Assembly (NCBI RefSeq): GCF_003334315.1
Contig: NZ_QOWR01000061.1
DNA: 28,808 bases
Origin: Escherichia coli
Lineage (GTDB): Bacteria; Pseudomonadota; Gammaproteobacteria; Enterobacterales; Enterobacteriaceae
Direction: 5' to 3' (one strand)
Shown here: piece by piece, positions 1-10,012 of the stretch
Numbering within the stretch: position 1 is the first letter of the stretch
How the letters are laid out: each line of letters starts with the position of its first letter
The notes under the pieces: model-generated
The model's database searches: none
What the model saw: only the letters and a program-made list of their open reading frames with translations
What the model was told of the DNA's origin: nothing
Translations under genes and position numbers: made by a program

Positions 1-357
1 GTCGGGGCTAAATCGCGCCAGCGCTGGCTGTTTTACGCGTATGACAGGCTCCGGAAGACGGTTGTTGCGCACGTATTCGGTGAACGCACTATGGCGACGC
101 TGGGGCGTCTTATGAGCCTGCTGTCACCCTTTGACGTGGTGATATGGATGACGGATGGCTGGCCGCTGTATGAATCCCGCCTGAAGGGAAAGCTGCACGT
201 AATCAGCAAGCGATATACGCAGCGAATTGAGCGGCATAACCTGAATCTGAGGCAGCACCTGGCACGGCTGGGACGGAAGTCGCTGTCGTTCTCAAAATCG
301 GTGGAGCTGCATGACAAAGTCATCGGGCATTATCTGAACATAAAACACTATCAATAA
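1..357 (+). CDS. insB: IS1 transposase InsB, C-terminal fragment (5' end outside window)
   Basis: ORF 91..357 plus open upstream frame from base 1; recognised InsB C-terminal sequence; stop TAA at 355..357. Confidence 0.85.
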   Translation, partial: VGAKSRQRWLFYAYDRLRKTVVAHVFGERTMATLGRLMSLLSPFDVVIWMTDGWPLYESRLKGKLHVISKRYTQRIERHNLNLRQHLARLGRKSLSFSKSVELHDKVIGHYLNIKHYQ

Positions 358-372
358 GTTGGAGTCATTACC
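1..372 (+). mobile_element. IS1-family insertion sequence, partial (3' ~370 bp including right terminal inverted repeat; window starts inside the element)
   Basis: Bases 1..357 translate in frame to the C-terminus of IS1 transposase InsB (...[37 protein letters not shown]...NIKHYQ*). Element ends with the IS1 terminal sequence AAGTTGGAGTCATTACC at 372. An inverted copy lies at 28437..28808 (ORF translations identical). Confidence 0.9.
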
Positions 373-859
373 GGCTGCCGGTATCGAACAAATAAAACAT
401 TTTCTGGCGACGGCATTTATTCGCCAACAGCCGGAGCGTTTTTTCTCTGCCCCCGGAAGTTTTCATTATTCGAATGTACGCGGTGAAAGCTGGCAACATA
501 TTACCCGGCAAATTTGTGCGCAATTAGTCGCACAACACCATATTACCGCCGATGAAGCACAACGCATCATCGCCCGCGAAGGCGAAGGTGAAAACCTGAT
601 TGTTAATCGCCTCGCCATCCCACATTGCTGGAGCGAACAGGAGCGACGTTTTCGTGGATTTTTTATTACCCTCGCCCAACCAGTTGAGGTGAATAACGAA
701 GTCATTAACCATGTCTTGATCGCCTGCGCCGCCGCCGATGCGCGTCATGAGCTAAAAATATTTAGCTATCTGGCAAGCATATTGTGTCAGCATCCGGCGG
801 AGATTATTGCCGGGTTAACAGGATATGAGGCATTTATGGAGTTACTTCACAAGGGGTGA
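373..859 (+). pseudogene. frvR: frvR 3' remnant: C-terminal PTS EIIA-type domain of the Frv operon regulator; upstream part replaced by IS1
   Basis: ORF 359..859 starts inside the IS1 end (TTG) and runs in frame into host DNA. Translation has an EIIA-type-2-like motif (NRLAIPHCW) and resembles the FrvR C-terminus. Position next to yiiG matches K-12 gene order. Confidence 0.6.
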
Positions 860-862
860 ACT

Positions 863-887
863 GTGTCGGATGCGCCGCATCCGACAC
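863..887. terminator. GC-rich perfect palindrome between convergent frvR' and yiiG; probable bidirectional terminator or REP-like hairpin
   Basis: GTGTCGGATGCG-C-CGCATCCGACAC, 12-bp arms, sits between the 3' ends of two convergent genes. Confidence 0.4.
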
Positions 888-908
888 TGCATTTATCATC
901 AAAAACGT

Positions 909-1964
909 TTAACGCAGGCTATTATAGTCATCAACCATTTCGTTGTACTCGCGTAATGCTCTCGGGAAAGAGTCTTCGACCATCCAGCTTGAGTTTGCGT
1001 CCTGAAGTTGCTCTTTATCCCAGTCAGAGTACGGGACTTTATCTCTGATGCGGCGAACGTATTTTTTAGCCTCGAGTTGATACTGGCCTGCCGAATTAAT
1101 AAACGAGAAATTCATGCCGCCTTTATCCGCTTCTTTGGCCTGCGCCACTAGCGTTTCCAGTTCAGACACTTTCTTCATTGCCGCTTCTGCATCAAACTTA
1201 TCTTGCGATATCAGGTTATTAATTTGTTTCGCTGAAATCATGACTGCCAGAGAGTAGTAGTGGAATGTTTTCCCTTCTCTTTCTTCAATATTTTTCAGTT
1301 CCGCAAGCTGACGCTTATCATTAATTTCCTGAATCGCCGCATGATAAGATTCGGCTACAGGTTCAAAGGCTTCCAGATTTTTTAAGAATGTCTGGTGCAG
1401 CGTTTTCCCTTTCGCAAACGCATCGTCTTTATAATTTTCCTGGGTGTAATATTTATCCATTTCGTTAATGGTATTACCCAACGCCACGGCAGCATCGATA
1501 TAACTCACCGCCACGCCATCAATTGGTTGCAGCGCAGGCGTTAACGCCACAGCACTTTTTACGCCTTTTTCACACTCAGCGAGGTTGGATTCACTAATGC
1601 CGTAGATGCCATAAACAGTACGCTCTTCACCGGTAGGCCCCTGTTTAAAATCTTTCAGCCAGTCAGCATAACGCGCCAGACTGCGCTGTACCGGGATCTG
1701 TAACTTGTTGTAGCACTTGATATAGACATCCATTTTTTCGTCGAAAACCGCTTGTTCATCGACCACCGGTTGCGCAGGTGTTTCAGGTTTAGCTTCTGCT
1801 TTTGCAACGGGAGCTTCAGTAGGTTTCGCTTCAGGAGCTGGTGCGGCAGGTTGACTATTGGCAGGCGGGAGCGTTTCTGTTTCGGCTTTTTTATCATCAC
1901 AACCCGTCAGACCGAGGGACATGATGGCGACTATAATAGCGGAAGATAATAAATTCCTTTTCAT
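909..1964 (-). CDS. yiiG: DUF3829-family lipoprotein YiiG
   Basis: 351-aa ORF. N-terminal signal peptide with lipobox L-T-G-C (MKRNLLSSAIIVAIMSLGLTGC), followed by a Pro/Ala/Lys-rich low-complexity linker and a helical domain. Synteny with fdhD. Confidence 0.8.
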   Translation of the reverse strand: MKRNLLSSAIIVAIMSLGLTGCDDKKAETETLPPANSQPAAPAPEAKPTEAPVAKAEAKPETPAQPVVDEQAVFDEKMDVYIKCYNKLQIPVQRSLARYADWLKDFKQGPTGEERTVYGIYGISESNLAECEKGVKSAVALTPALQPIDGVAVSYIDAAVALGNTINEMDKYYTQENYKDDAFAKGKTLHQTFLKNLEAFEPVAESYHAAIQEINDKRQLAELKNIEEREGKTFHYYSLAVMISAKQINNLISQDKFDAEAAMKKVSELETLVAQAKEADKGGMNFSFINSAGQYQLEAKKYVRRIRDKVPYSDWDKEQLQDANSSWMVEDSFPRALREYNEMVDDYNSLR

Positions 1965-2073
1965 TTAATTGCCTTATAAATATATAGATAAGAGAGTGAA
2001 CATAATAAATGAAAAAAGAAAACGCCACTACACGCATTTTGTTTATAAATAAAATAATAAAATTCACGAAATG

Positions 2074-2112
2074 AATAAGTCCTGCAATTTAATATATTTC
2101 GCAGGACTTATT
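2074..2112 (-). terminator. Rho-independent terminator downstream of fdhD
   Basis: Inverted repeat AATAAGTCCTGC / GCAGGACTTATT (12-bp stem, 15-nt loop) starting a few nt after the fdhD stop; on the minus strand it is followed by a U-rich tract (complement of 2041..2073). Confidence 0.55.
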
Positions 2113-2116
2113 TTAA

Positions 2117-2950
2117 TTAATTGCTCAAACGCTGCGGATGGGTATAAACCGTTGCCCGACCCGGTTTACAAAAACCTACCAGTGTCAGATTACAGCGCTC
2201 AGCCACTTCTACAGCAAGCGTGGTCGCGGCAGACACCGCAAACAAAATCTCTACGCCGCACATCGCCGACTTTTGCACCATTTCATAACTGGCACGACTG
2301 GAAACCAGTACCGCACCTTGCTGCCAGCTTTCCCCTTCTTGTGACCGGCGGCCTAACAGTTTGTCCAGCGCCACATGGCGACCCACGTCTTCATGCCCGC
2401 CGACCAGTTCGCCAGATGGCAACATCCAGGCAGCGGCGTGAGTACAACCAGTCAGTTGCCCCACTGGCTGAAAATCGTTGAGATGACGTAATGCATCATC
2501 CAGTTTGTTGAGATCAAACGTCTGGGTGAACGGTAGCGGCTGCACCGGTTTTCCGATGTCATTAAGTTGCTCCACGCCGCATACGCCACAGCCCGTACGT
2601 CCCGCCAGCGCCCGGCGGCGCTCCTTCAACCCCATAAAGCGGCGGCTGGAAAGCTCAATTTGTACTTCAAGACCATTACAGGAAGGAACGACATCCATGC
2701 CGAAGATATCGCGCGGACTTTCGATAATCCCCTCGGAAAGCGAAAAACCGAGCGCAAAGTACTCAAGGTCTTTGGGCGACGCCATCATCACCACATGCGA
2801 AATGCCGTTGTAGACCAGCGCAACGGGAACTTCTTCCGCGACCTCATCTAACCGTGGGTGTTGTAAATCATCACGCCGCCATAACTCAATTTGACGAACA
2901 CCTGTGATATTTGTCACATTTTCGATTTCTTTTCGCTGTGTTTTTTTCAC
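2117..2950 (-). CDS. fdhD: Formate dehydrogenase accessory sulfurtransferase FdhD
   Basis: 277-aa ORF recognised as FdhD-family; divergently placed upstream of fdoG as in E. coli. Confidence 0.85.
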
Positions 2951-3143
2951 TTTCTCTTAACCAGATAAGAACACACACACCAACATTATGGTATTCTGTT
3001 ACAAACCCTTCCTGGATGGAGGGAAATTGAGCCAATTCTGGACCTTTGCGGCCCCTTCCGCAAAGAAAAATAACTCCCACTCCCTGCACACGCAGCAAGC
3101 GAATGTAAATGGGACGTGACAATGTCGAAACAAGGAGCAATCC

Positions 3144-6100
3144 ATGCAGGTCAGCAGAAGGCAGTTCTTTAAGATCTGCGCTGGCGGTATGGCAGGCACC
3201 ACGGCAGCGGCACTGGGTTTTGCACCCAGCGTAGCACTCGCGGAAACCCGGCAGTATAAACTGCTGCGCACCCGCGAAACCCGTAATACCTGCACCTATT
3301 GTTCCGTAGGCTGTGGGCTGTTGATGTACAGCCTCGGTGACGGAGCAAAAAACGCCAAAGCATCTATCTTCCATATCGAAGGCGATCCGGATCACCCGGT
3401 CAACCGCGGTGCACTTTGTCCGAAAGGCGCTGGCCTGGTGGATTTCATCCACTCCGAAAGCCGTCTGAAGTTTCCGGAATACCGTGCGCCAGGTTCTGAT
3501 AAATGGCAGCAAATCAGTTGGGAAGAGGCGTTTGATCGCATCGCCAAACTGATGAAAGAAGACCGCGATGCTAACTACATTGCGCAAAACGCCGAAGGCG
3601 TGACTGTTAACCGCTGGCTCTCCACCGGGATGCTGTGTGCTTCCGCGTCGAGTAACGAAACCGGCTATTTAACGCAAAAATTCTCCCGCGCGCTGGGTAT
3701 GCTCGCGGTCGACAACCAGGCGCGTGTCTGACATGGACCAACGGTAGCAAGTCTTGCTCCAACATTTGGTCGCGGTGCGATGACCAACCACTGGGTCGAC
3801 ATCAAGAACGCCAACCTCGTCGTGGTGATGGGCGGTAACGCCGCTGAAGCTCACCCGGTCGGGTTCCGCTGGGCGATGGAAGCCAAAATTCACAACGGCG
3901 CGAAGCTGATTGTGATCGATCCTCGCTTTACGCGTACGGCGGCGGTAGCTGACTACTATGCCCCTATTCGTTCCGGTACTGACATTGCTTTCCTGTCAGG
4001 CGTATTGCTGTACCTGCTGAACAATGAAAAATTCAACCGCGAATACACCGAAGCCTATACCAACGCCAGCCTGATCGTGCGTGAGGATTACGGCTTTGAA
4101 GATGGCCTGTTCACCGGCTACGACGCGGAAAAACGCAAGTACGATAAATCCTCCTGGACTTATGAACTGGACGAAAACGGCTTCGCCAAACGCGATACCA
4201 CGCTGCAACATCCGCGCTGCGTGTGGAACTTGCTGAAACAGCACGTTTCCCGCTACACGCCAGATGTGGTTGAAAACATCTGTGGTACGCCAAAAGACGC
4301 GTTCCTGAAAGTCTGCGAATACATCGCAGAAACCAGTGCTCACGATAAAACTGCCTCGTTCCTGTATGCCCTCGGCTGGACGCAACACTCCGTTGGTGCG
4401 CAAAACATTCGTACGATGGCGATGATCCAGCTGCTGCTCGGCAATATGGGGATGGCAGGCGGCGGCGTTAACGCCCTGCGCGGTCACTCCAATATTCAGG
4501 GGCTGACGGACCTGGGGCTGCTGTCGCAGAGCCTGCCAGGTTACATGACGCTGCCAAGCGAGAAGCAGACCGATCTGCAAACCTACCTTACCGCCAACAC
4601 GCCAAAACCGCTGCTGGAAGGCCAGGTAAACTACTGGGGCAACTACCCGAAATTCTTCGTCTCTATGATGAAGGCCTTCTTTGGTGATAAAGCGACGGCG
4701 GAAAATAGCTGGGGCTTTGACTGGTTGCCGAAGTGGGATAAAGGCTACGACGTCCTGCAATACTTCGAGATGATGAAAGAGGGCAAGGTCAATGGCTATA
4801 TCTGCCAGGGCTTTAACCCTGTTGCCTCATTCCCGAACAAAAACAAAGTGATCGGTTGTCTGTCGAAACTGAAGTTCCTCGTCACCATCGACCCACTGAA
4901 CACTGAAACCTCTAACTTCTGGCAGAACCACGGTGAGCTGAACGAAGTTGACTCGTCGAAGATCCAGACCGAAGTGTTCCGTCTGCCATCGACCTGCTTC
5001 GCGGAAGAGAACGGTTCTATCGTTAACTCAGGTCGCTGGTTACAGTGGCACTGGAAAGGTGCGGACGCCCCGGGGATTGCGCTGACTGACGGCGAGATCC
5101 TCTCCGGTATCTTCCTGCGCTTGCGCAAGATGTATGCCGAACAGGGTGGCGCGAACCCGGACCAGGTGCTGAACATGACATGGAACTACGCCATTCCGCA
5201 TGAGCCATCTTCAGAAGAAGTGGCGATGGAGAGCAACGGTAAGGCGCTGGCCGATATTACCGATCCGGCAACCGGTGCGGTTATCGTCAAGAAAGGCCAA
5301 CAACTTAGTTCGTTCGCCCAATTGCGCGATGACGGTACAACCTCCTGTGGCTGCTGGATTTTCGCCGGTAGCTGGACGCCGGAAGGCAACCAGATGGCAC
5401 GCCGTGATAACGCCGATCCGTCTGGCCTCGGTAACACGCTGGGCTGGGCATGGGCATGGCCGCTTAACCGCCGCATTCTGTATAACCGCGCCTCCGCAGA
5501 TCCGCAGGGTAACCCGTGGGATCCGAAGCGTCAGTTGCTGAAATGGGACGGCACTAAGTGGACCGGCTGGGATATTCCGGACTACAGCGCAGCGCCTCCG
5601 GGTAGCGGCGTCGGGCCGTTTATCATGCAGCAGGAAGGCATGGGGCGTCTGTTTGCCCTCGATAAGATGGCGGAAGGTCCGTTCCCGGAACACTACGAGC
5701 CGTTTGAAACGCCGCTGGGAACTAACCCGCTGCATCCAAACGTTATCTCGAACCCGGCTGCACGTATCTTTAAAGACGACGCCGAAGCATTGGGTAAAGC
5801 CGATAAGTTCCCGTATGTCGGAACCACCTATCGTCTGACCGAGCACTTCCACTACTGGACCAAACACGCGCTGTTGAACGCGATTTTGCAGCCAGAGCAG
5901 TTTGTGGAAATCGGGGAGTCGCTGGCGAATAAACTTGGCATTGCCCAGGGCGATACCGTGAAAGTCTCCTCCAACCGTGGCTATATCAAAGCCAAAGCGG
6001 TGGTGACCAAACGTATTCGCACGCTGAAAGCGAACGGCAAAGATATCGATACCATCGGTATTCCGATTCACTGGGGCTATGAAGGCGTAGCTAAAAAAGG

Positions 6101-6194
6101 CTTTATTGCCAATACTTTAACGCCATTCGTTGGTGATGCGAACACGCAGACGCCGGAGTTTAAGTCCTTCCTTGTGAATGTGGAAAAGGTGTAA
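3144..6194 (+). CDS. fdoG: Formate dehydrogenase-O catalytic subunit (molybdopterin, selenocysteine-containing); in-frame UGA at 3729..3731 read as Sec
   Basis: Six-frame ORFs 3144..3731 and 3780..6194 are in the same frame, separated only by TGA. N-terminus has a Tat motif (SRRQFFK). Sequence around the UGA reads ...QARV-U-HGPTVASLAPTFGRGAMTNHW..., typical of Sec formate dehydrogenases. SD AGGAG lies 6 nt before the ATG. Confidence 0.9.
3732..3772 (+). promoter_or_regulatory. SECIS-like mRNA hairpin directing selenocysteine insertion at the fdoG UGA
   Basis: Immediately 3' of UGA: lower stem GACCA(3736..3740)/TGGTC(3767..3771) and upper stem AGCAA/TTGCT (3746..3758) with apical loop GUC, resembling the bacterial SECIS arrangement. 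Confidence 0.55.
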
Positions 6195-6206
6195 CGGAGA
6201 CGACAT

Positions 6207-7109
6207 ATGGCTTATCAATCTCAAGATATCATTCGTCGTTCCGCGACTAACGGTCTGACCCCCGCGCCTCAGGCGCGGGACTTCCAGGAAGAAGTGGCGA
6301 AACTCATCGACGTTACCACCTGTATCGGCTGTAAAGCCTGTCAGGTGGCGTGTTCAGAGTGGAACGACATTCGCGATACCGTCGGCAATAACATTGGGGT
6401 GTACGACAACCCCAATGATTTAAGCGCCAAATCGTGGACGGTAATGCGCTTCTCGGAAGTGGAGCAGAACGACAAACTGGAATGGCTGATCCGCAAAGAC
6501 GGCTGTATGCACTGTTCCGATCCAGGCTGCCTGAAAGCGTGCCCGGCGGAAGGTGCAATTATTCAGTATGCCAACGGTATCGTCGACTTCCAGTCCGAGC
6601 AGTGCATTGGCTGCGGTTATTGCATTGCGGGCTGTCCGTTCGACATTCCGCGCCTCAACCCGGAAGACAACCGCGTCTACAAATGTACGCTGTGCGTTGA
6701 CCGCGTGGTGGTTGGGCAAGAACCAGCCTGCGTGAAGACCTGCCCAACGGGCGCGATTCACTTCGGTACGAAAGAGTCGATGAAAACGCTGGCGAGCGAG
6801 CGCGTTGCTGAGCTGAAAACCCGCGGTTACGACAATGCGGGTCTGTACGATCCGGCAGGCGTCGGTGGTACACACGTCATGTACGTGCTGCACCATGCTG
6901 ACAAGCCAAATCTGTATCATGGCTTGCCGGAGAACCCGGAAATCAGCGAAACCGTGAAATTCTGGAAAGGCATCTGGAAACCGCTCGCGGCTGTTGGCTT
7001 TGCGGCTACCTTTGCGGCCAGTATCTTCCACTACGTGGGTGTCGGTCCGAACCGTGCGGATGAGGAAGAGAATAATCTGCACGAAGAGAAAGACGAGGAG
7101 CGCAAATGA
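6207..7109 (+). CDS. fdoH: Formate dehydrogenase-O iron-sulfur subunit
   Basis: 300-aa ORF with four ferredoxin-type Cys clusters ([58 protein letters not shown]) and a C-terminal hydrophobic anchor. Confidence 0.9.
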
Positions 7110-7741
7110 AACGACGTGACACCATCGTGCGCTACACCGCGCCGGAACGTATCAACCACTGGATCACCGCCTTCTGCTTCATCCTGGCGGCGGTGAGCGG
7201 GCTGGGCTTTTTGTTCCCGTCCTTCAACTGGTTGATGCAAATCATGGGCACACCGCAGCTGGCGCGAATTCTGCACCCGTTTGTCGGCGTGGTTATGTTT
7301 GCCTCGTTCATCATCATGTTTTTCCGTTACTGGCATCACAACCTAATCAATCGGGATGATATCTTTTGGGCGAAGAATATTCGTAAGATCGTCGTCAACG
7401 AGGAAGTAGGTGACACCGGGCGTTATAACTTCGGTCAGAAATGCGTTTTCTGGGCGGCGATTATTTTCCTGGTTCTGCTGCTGGTGAGCGGCGTGATTAT
7501 CTGGCGTCCTTATTTTGCGCCTGCTTTCTCAATCCCGGTGATCCGATTCGCGTTAATGCTGCATTCATTTGCCGCAGTGGCGTTAATTGTGGTTATCATG
7601 GTGCATATCTACGCCGCCCTTTGGGTGAAAGGCACGATTACCGCCATGGTGGAAGGATGGGTTACCAGCGCCTGGGCGAAGAAACATCACCCGCGCTGGT
7701 ACCGTGAGGTCCGCAAGACAACGGAAAAGAAAGCTGAATGA
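7106..7741 (+). CDS. fdoI: Formate dehydrogenase-O cytochrome b556 subunit
   Basis: 211-aa polytopic membrane protein with conserved His residues; 4-bp overlap with fdoH stop (translational coupling). Confidence 0.9.
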
Positions 7742-8667
7742 GTATTCGCATAATCCCGCAAGATGAGCTGGGTTCAAGCGAGAAACGTACGGCGGATATG
7801 ATTCCGCCGTTATTGTTCCCTCGGCTCAAGAATTTATACAACCGCCGCGCCGAGCGTCTGCGCGAGCTGGCAGAAAATAATCCTCTGGGTGATTACCTGC
7901 GCTTTGCTGCGCTTATCGCCCACGCCCAGGAAGTGGTGCTGTACGACCATCCGCTGGAGATGGATCTGACTGCGCGCATTAAAGAAGCCAGCGCACAAGG
8001 CAAGCCCCCGCTGGATATTCACGTTCTGCCGCGTGATAAGCACTGGCAAAAGCTGCTGATGGCGCTGATTGCTGAGCTGAAACCTGAAATGAGCGGCCCG
8101 GCGCTGGCAGTGATTGAGAATCTGGAGAAGGCATCGACTCAGGAGCTGGAAGATATGGCCAGCGCGCTGTTTGCCTCTGATTTCTCGTCCGTCAGCAGCG
8201 ATAAAGCGCCGTTTATCTGGGCTGCACTGTCGCTCTACTGGGCGCAGATGGCCAATCTGATCCCCGGCAAAGCCCGCGCTGAATACGGCGAGCAACGTCA
8301 ATATTGCCCGGTTTGTGGTTCTATGCCGGTGTCCAGCATGGTGCAAATTGGCACCACTCAGGGGCTACGTTACCTGCACTGCAACCTGTGTGAAACTGAA
8401 TGGCACGTAGTGCGCGTAAAATGCAGCAACTGCGAGCAGAGCGGCAAACTGCATTACTGGTCGCTGGATGACGAACAGGCCGCGATTAAAGCCGAAAGCT
8501 GCGATGACTGCGGCACTTACCTGAAAATTCTCTATCAGGAAAAAGATCCAAAAATCGAAGCCGTAGCAGATGACCTCGCCTCTCTGGTACTGGACGCACG
8601 AATGGAGCAAGAAGGCTATGCCCGCAGTTCCATCAACCCGTTCCTGTTTCCGGGTGAAGGAGAGTAA
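7738..8667 (+). CDS. fdhE: Formate dehydrogenase formation protein FdhE
   Basis: 309-aa ORF with four CxxC pairs ([27 protein letters not shown]); start overlaps fdoI stop. Confidence 0.9.
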   Translation: MSIRIIPQDELGSSEKRTADMIPPLLFPRLKNLYNRRAERLRELAENNPLGDYLRFAALIAHAQEVVLYDHPLEMDLTARIKEASAQGKPPLDIHVLPRDKHWQKLLMALIAELKPEMSGPALAVIENLEKASTQELEDMASALFASDFSSVSSDKAPFIWAALSLYWAQMANLIPGKARAEYGEQRQYCPVCGSMPVSSMVQIGTTQGLRYLHCNLCETEWHVVRVKCSNCEQSGKLHYWSLDDEQAAIKAESCDDCGTYLKILYQEKDPKIEAVADDLASLVLDARMEQEGYARSSINPFLFPGEGE

Positions 8668-8848
8668 TCTCTGACGTTTTCCGGGTGGCGCAGGTCGCCC
8701 GGATTACAGCTCATAGGGTGTGACGACACCATCTCTCGTATTCCGCGTTACCACCTCAAGCTATGCCGCCAGTGCCGGTTTGGCCTCAATTTACCCACCA
8801 CCACATCAATAAGGTTATGGGCATGAGACTGATGACAAGCGTAAGATT

Positions 8849-8948
8849 GCCTGATGCGCTGCGCTTATCAGGCCTACCAATAAACTGCAATACATTGAAT
8901 TTATACGACTTTGTAGGCCGGATAAGGCGTTCACGCCGCATCCGGCAT
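8849..8948. repeat. REP/BIME element (two REP palindromes in opposite orientation)
   Basis: GCCTGATGCGCTGCGCTTATCAGGCCTAC (8849..8877) and GTAGGCCGGATAAGGCGTTCACGCCGCATCCGGCAT (8913..8948) match the enterobacterial REP consensus. Confidence 0.6.
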
Positions 8949-8996
8949 GAACAACGCGCACGTTGTCAGCAATCTGATTGACATCATTTTTTCCCA

Positions 8997-9215
8997 TTAC
9001 CATTCCTCGCGCAGCTTACGCTGATATTCGACACCATCTTCCTCACACCCTTGCCAGATGCCAGGAACACTGGTTCTTGCTGTTTGCGATTGATTTATCA
9101 GGTATTGATCTACCGCTTCCCTTAATAGGTCCGCACGAGGAAGATTACGCTGCACCTCGAGATCATCAAGTTGCTTAATCACCTCATTCGATAAATCGAG
9201 TAAAATTCTGCCCAT
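8997..9215 (-). CDS. yiiF: Ribbon-helix-helix (CopG/Arc/MetJ-like) putative transcriptional regulator YiiF
   Basis: ORF 8997..9239. Internal ATG at 9215 has the better SD (AGG, 7-nt spacer) and gives a 72-aa product ([39 protein letters not shown]...) with a beta-strand/helix/helix pattern. Paralog of yiiE. Confidence 0.7.
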
Positions 9216-9330
9216 ATCTATACCTGCCAGAGAGTTCATAAATATCTCGCCAATATCATTTTTGAATCTATGGAGAGAAAAGTACCCTTGCCGAATCTTT
9301 AAAGAAAGCTCATTTACGCATCATTTTTTA

Positions 9331-9352
9331 TTTTTGCGAGGCGTTTTCCAGA
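9331..9352 (-). promoter_or_regulatory. Conserved 22-mer upstream of yiiF (TTTTTGCGAGGCGTTTTCCAGA on + strand), identical to the element upstream of yiiE
   Basis: Exact 22/22 identity with 9769..9790 although the flanking DNA and the two coding sequences have diverged; a GTTGCAGTT block follows at similar spacing in both copies. Confidence 0.35.
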
Positions 9353-9456
9353 TATGATGTAACAGTTGCAGTTATTATAAGTTCAAGTAAAACAGCCTTG
9401 TATTAATACCAGAATAAGGGCATCTGTTTTTTATATTCAAGAATGAAAAATTTTTG

Positions 9457-9675
9457 TCATTCCTTATGCTCCTTACACTGATCATCAACACCAACTACCT
9501 CCCCCTTTTGCCTGCCTCCCTTTGCTTTACGCACCGGGAATTGCTGACGTTCCAGATATTGCTCTACCGCTTCGCGTAAAATTGCAGATCGTGAAACCTT
9601 ACGCCAGCCCCGAAGCTTGTTCAGCCGTTTAATTGCCTCTTCTGATAAATGAAGAAAAACCGTATTCATCGCCAT
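9457..9675 (-). CDS. yiiE: Ribbon-helix-helix (CopG-like) putative transcriptional regulator YiiE
   Basis: ORF 9457..9702. ATG at 9675 is preceded by SD AAGGTGG and gives a 72-aa product (MAMNTVFLHLSEEAIKRLNKL...ILREAVEQYL...), about half identical to YiiF in the RHH core. Confidence 0.7.
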   Translation of the reverse strand: MAMNTVFLHLSEEAIKRLNKLRGWRKVSRSAILREAVEQYLERQQFPVRKAKGGRQKGEVVGVDDQCKEHKE

Positions 9676-9768
9676 TACCACCACCTTACCTATATTACTC
9701 ATTAATGTATGTGCGAAAATTACGCCGGAAAATCATTTAAAAAAAGCGGATTTTTGCATGTTGTTTTG

Positions 9769-9790
9769 TTTTTGCGAGGCGTTTTCCAGA
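9769..9790 (-). promoter_or_regulatory. Conserved 22-mer upstream of yiiE (second copy of TTTTTGCGAGGCGTTTTCCAGA)
   Basis: See 9331..9352; on the gene strand it reads TCTGGAAAACGCCTCGCAAAAA, which has GG-N10-GC spacing. Confidence 0.35.
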
Positions 9791-10012
9791 AATAATAAGA
9801 GTGTTGCAGTTGTTTCATTTATTACTCAAAAATGGTTTAGTTATCGCCCAGGATGAATTATGGGTGCTATGAATATATTATATTCATAGATATTTATTTG
9901 CATAATCTGAATGGTGTAGCCGAAAAACGTCAGCATCCTAACAGCACCAGGATTTAAGGTGAAATTAATCTTTCATCACAGACCGGTCAGTACTGCCACC
10001 AACCGGTCTTTA

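Noticed and set aside
33-323. ORFs 33..323 (-) and 28486..28776 (+) antisense to insB
   Set aside because: Identical antisense frames within IS1; not a known IS1 gene. They only reflect the duplicated element.
2071-2481. ORF 2071..2481 (+), 136 aa
   Set aside because: Its 5' end overlaps the fdhD terminator hairpin and the rest is antisense to fdhD; low-complexity product; no RBS.
3996-6071. Long antisense ORFs inside fdoG (3996..4760, 5211..6071, 4796..5176 on the minus strand)
   Set aside because: They lie entirely within, and opposite to, a well-supported conserved CDS in GC-rich DNA with no SD signals; typical spurious antisense frames.
8763-9003. ORFs 8763..8981 (+) and 8815..9003 (-)
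   Set aside because: Both run through the REP/BIME palindromes at 8849..8948; repeat-derived open frames, not genes.
9853-9957. 34-codon + strand ORF MNYGCYEYIIFIDIYLHNLNGVAEKRQHPNSTRI in the AT-rich spacer
   Set aside because: No recognisable Shine-Dalgarno; expected by chance in AT-rich sequence.
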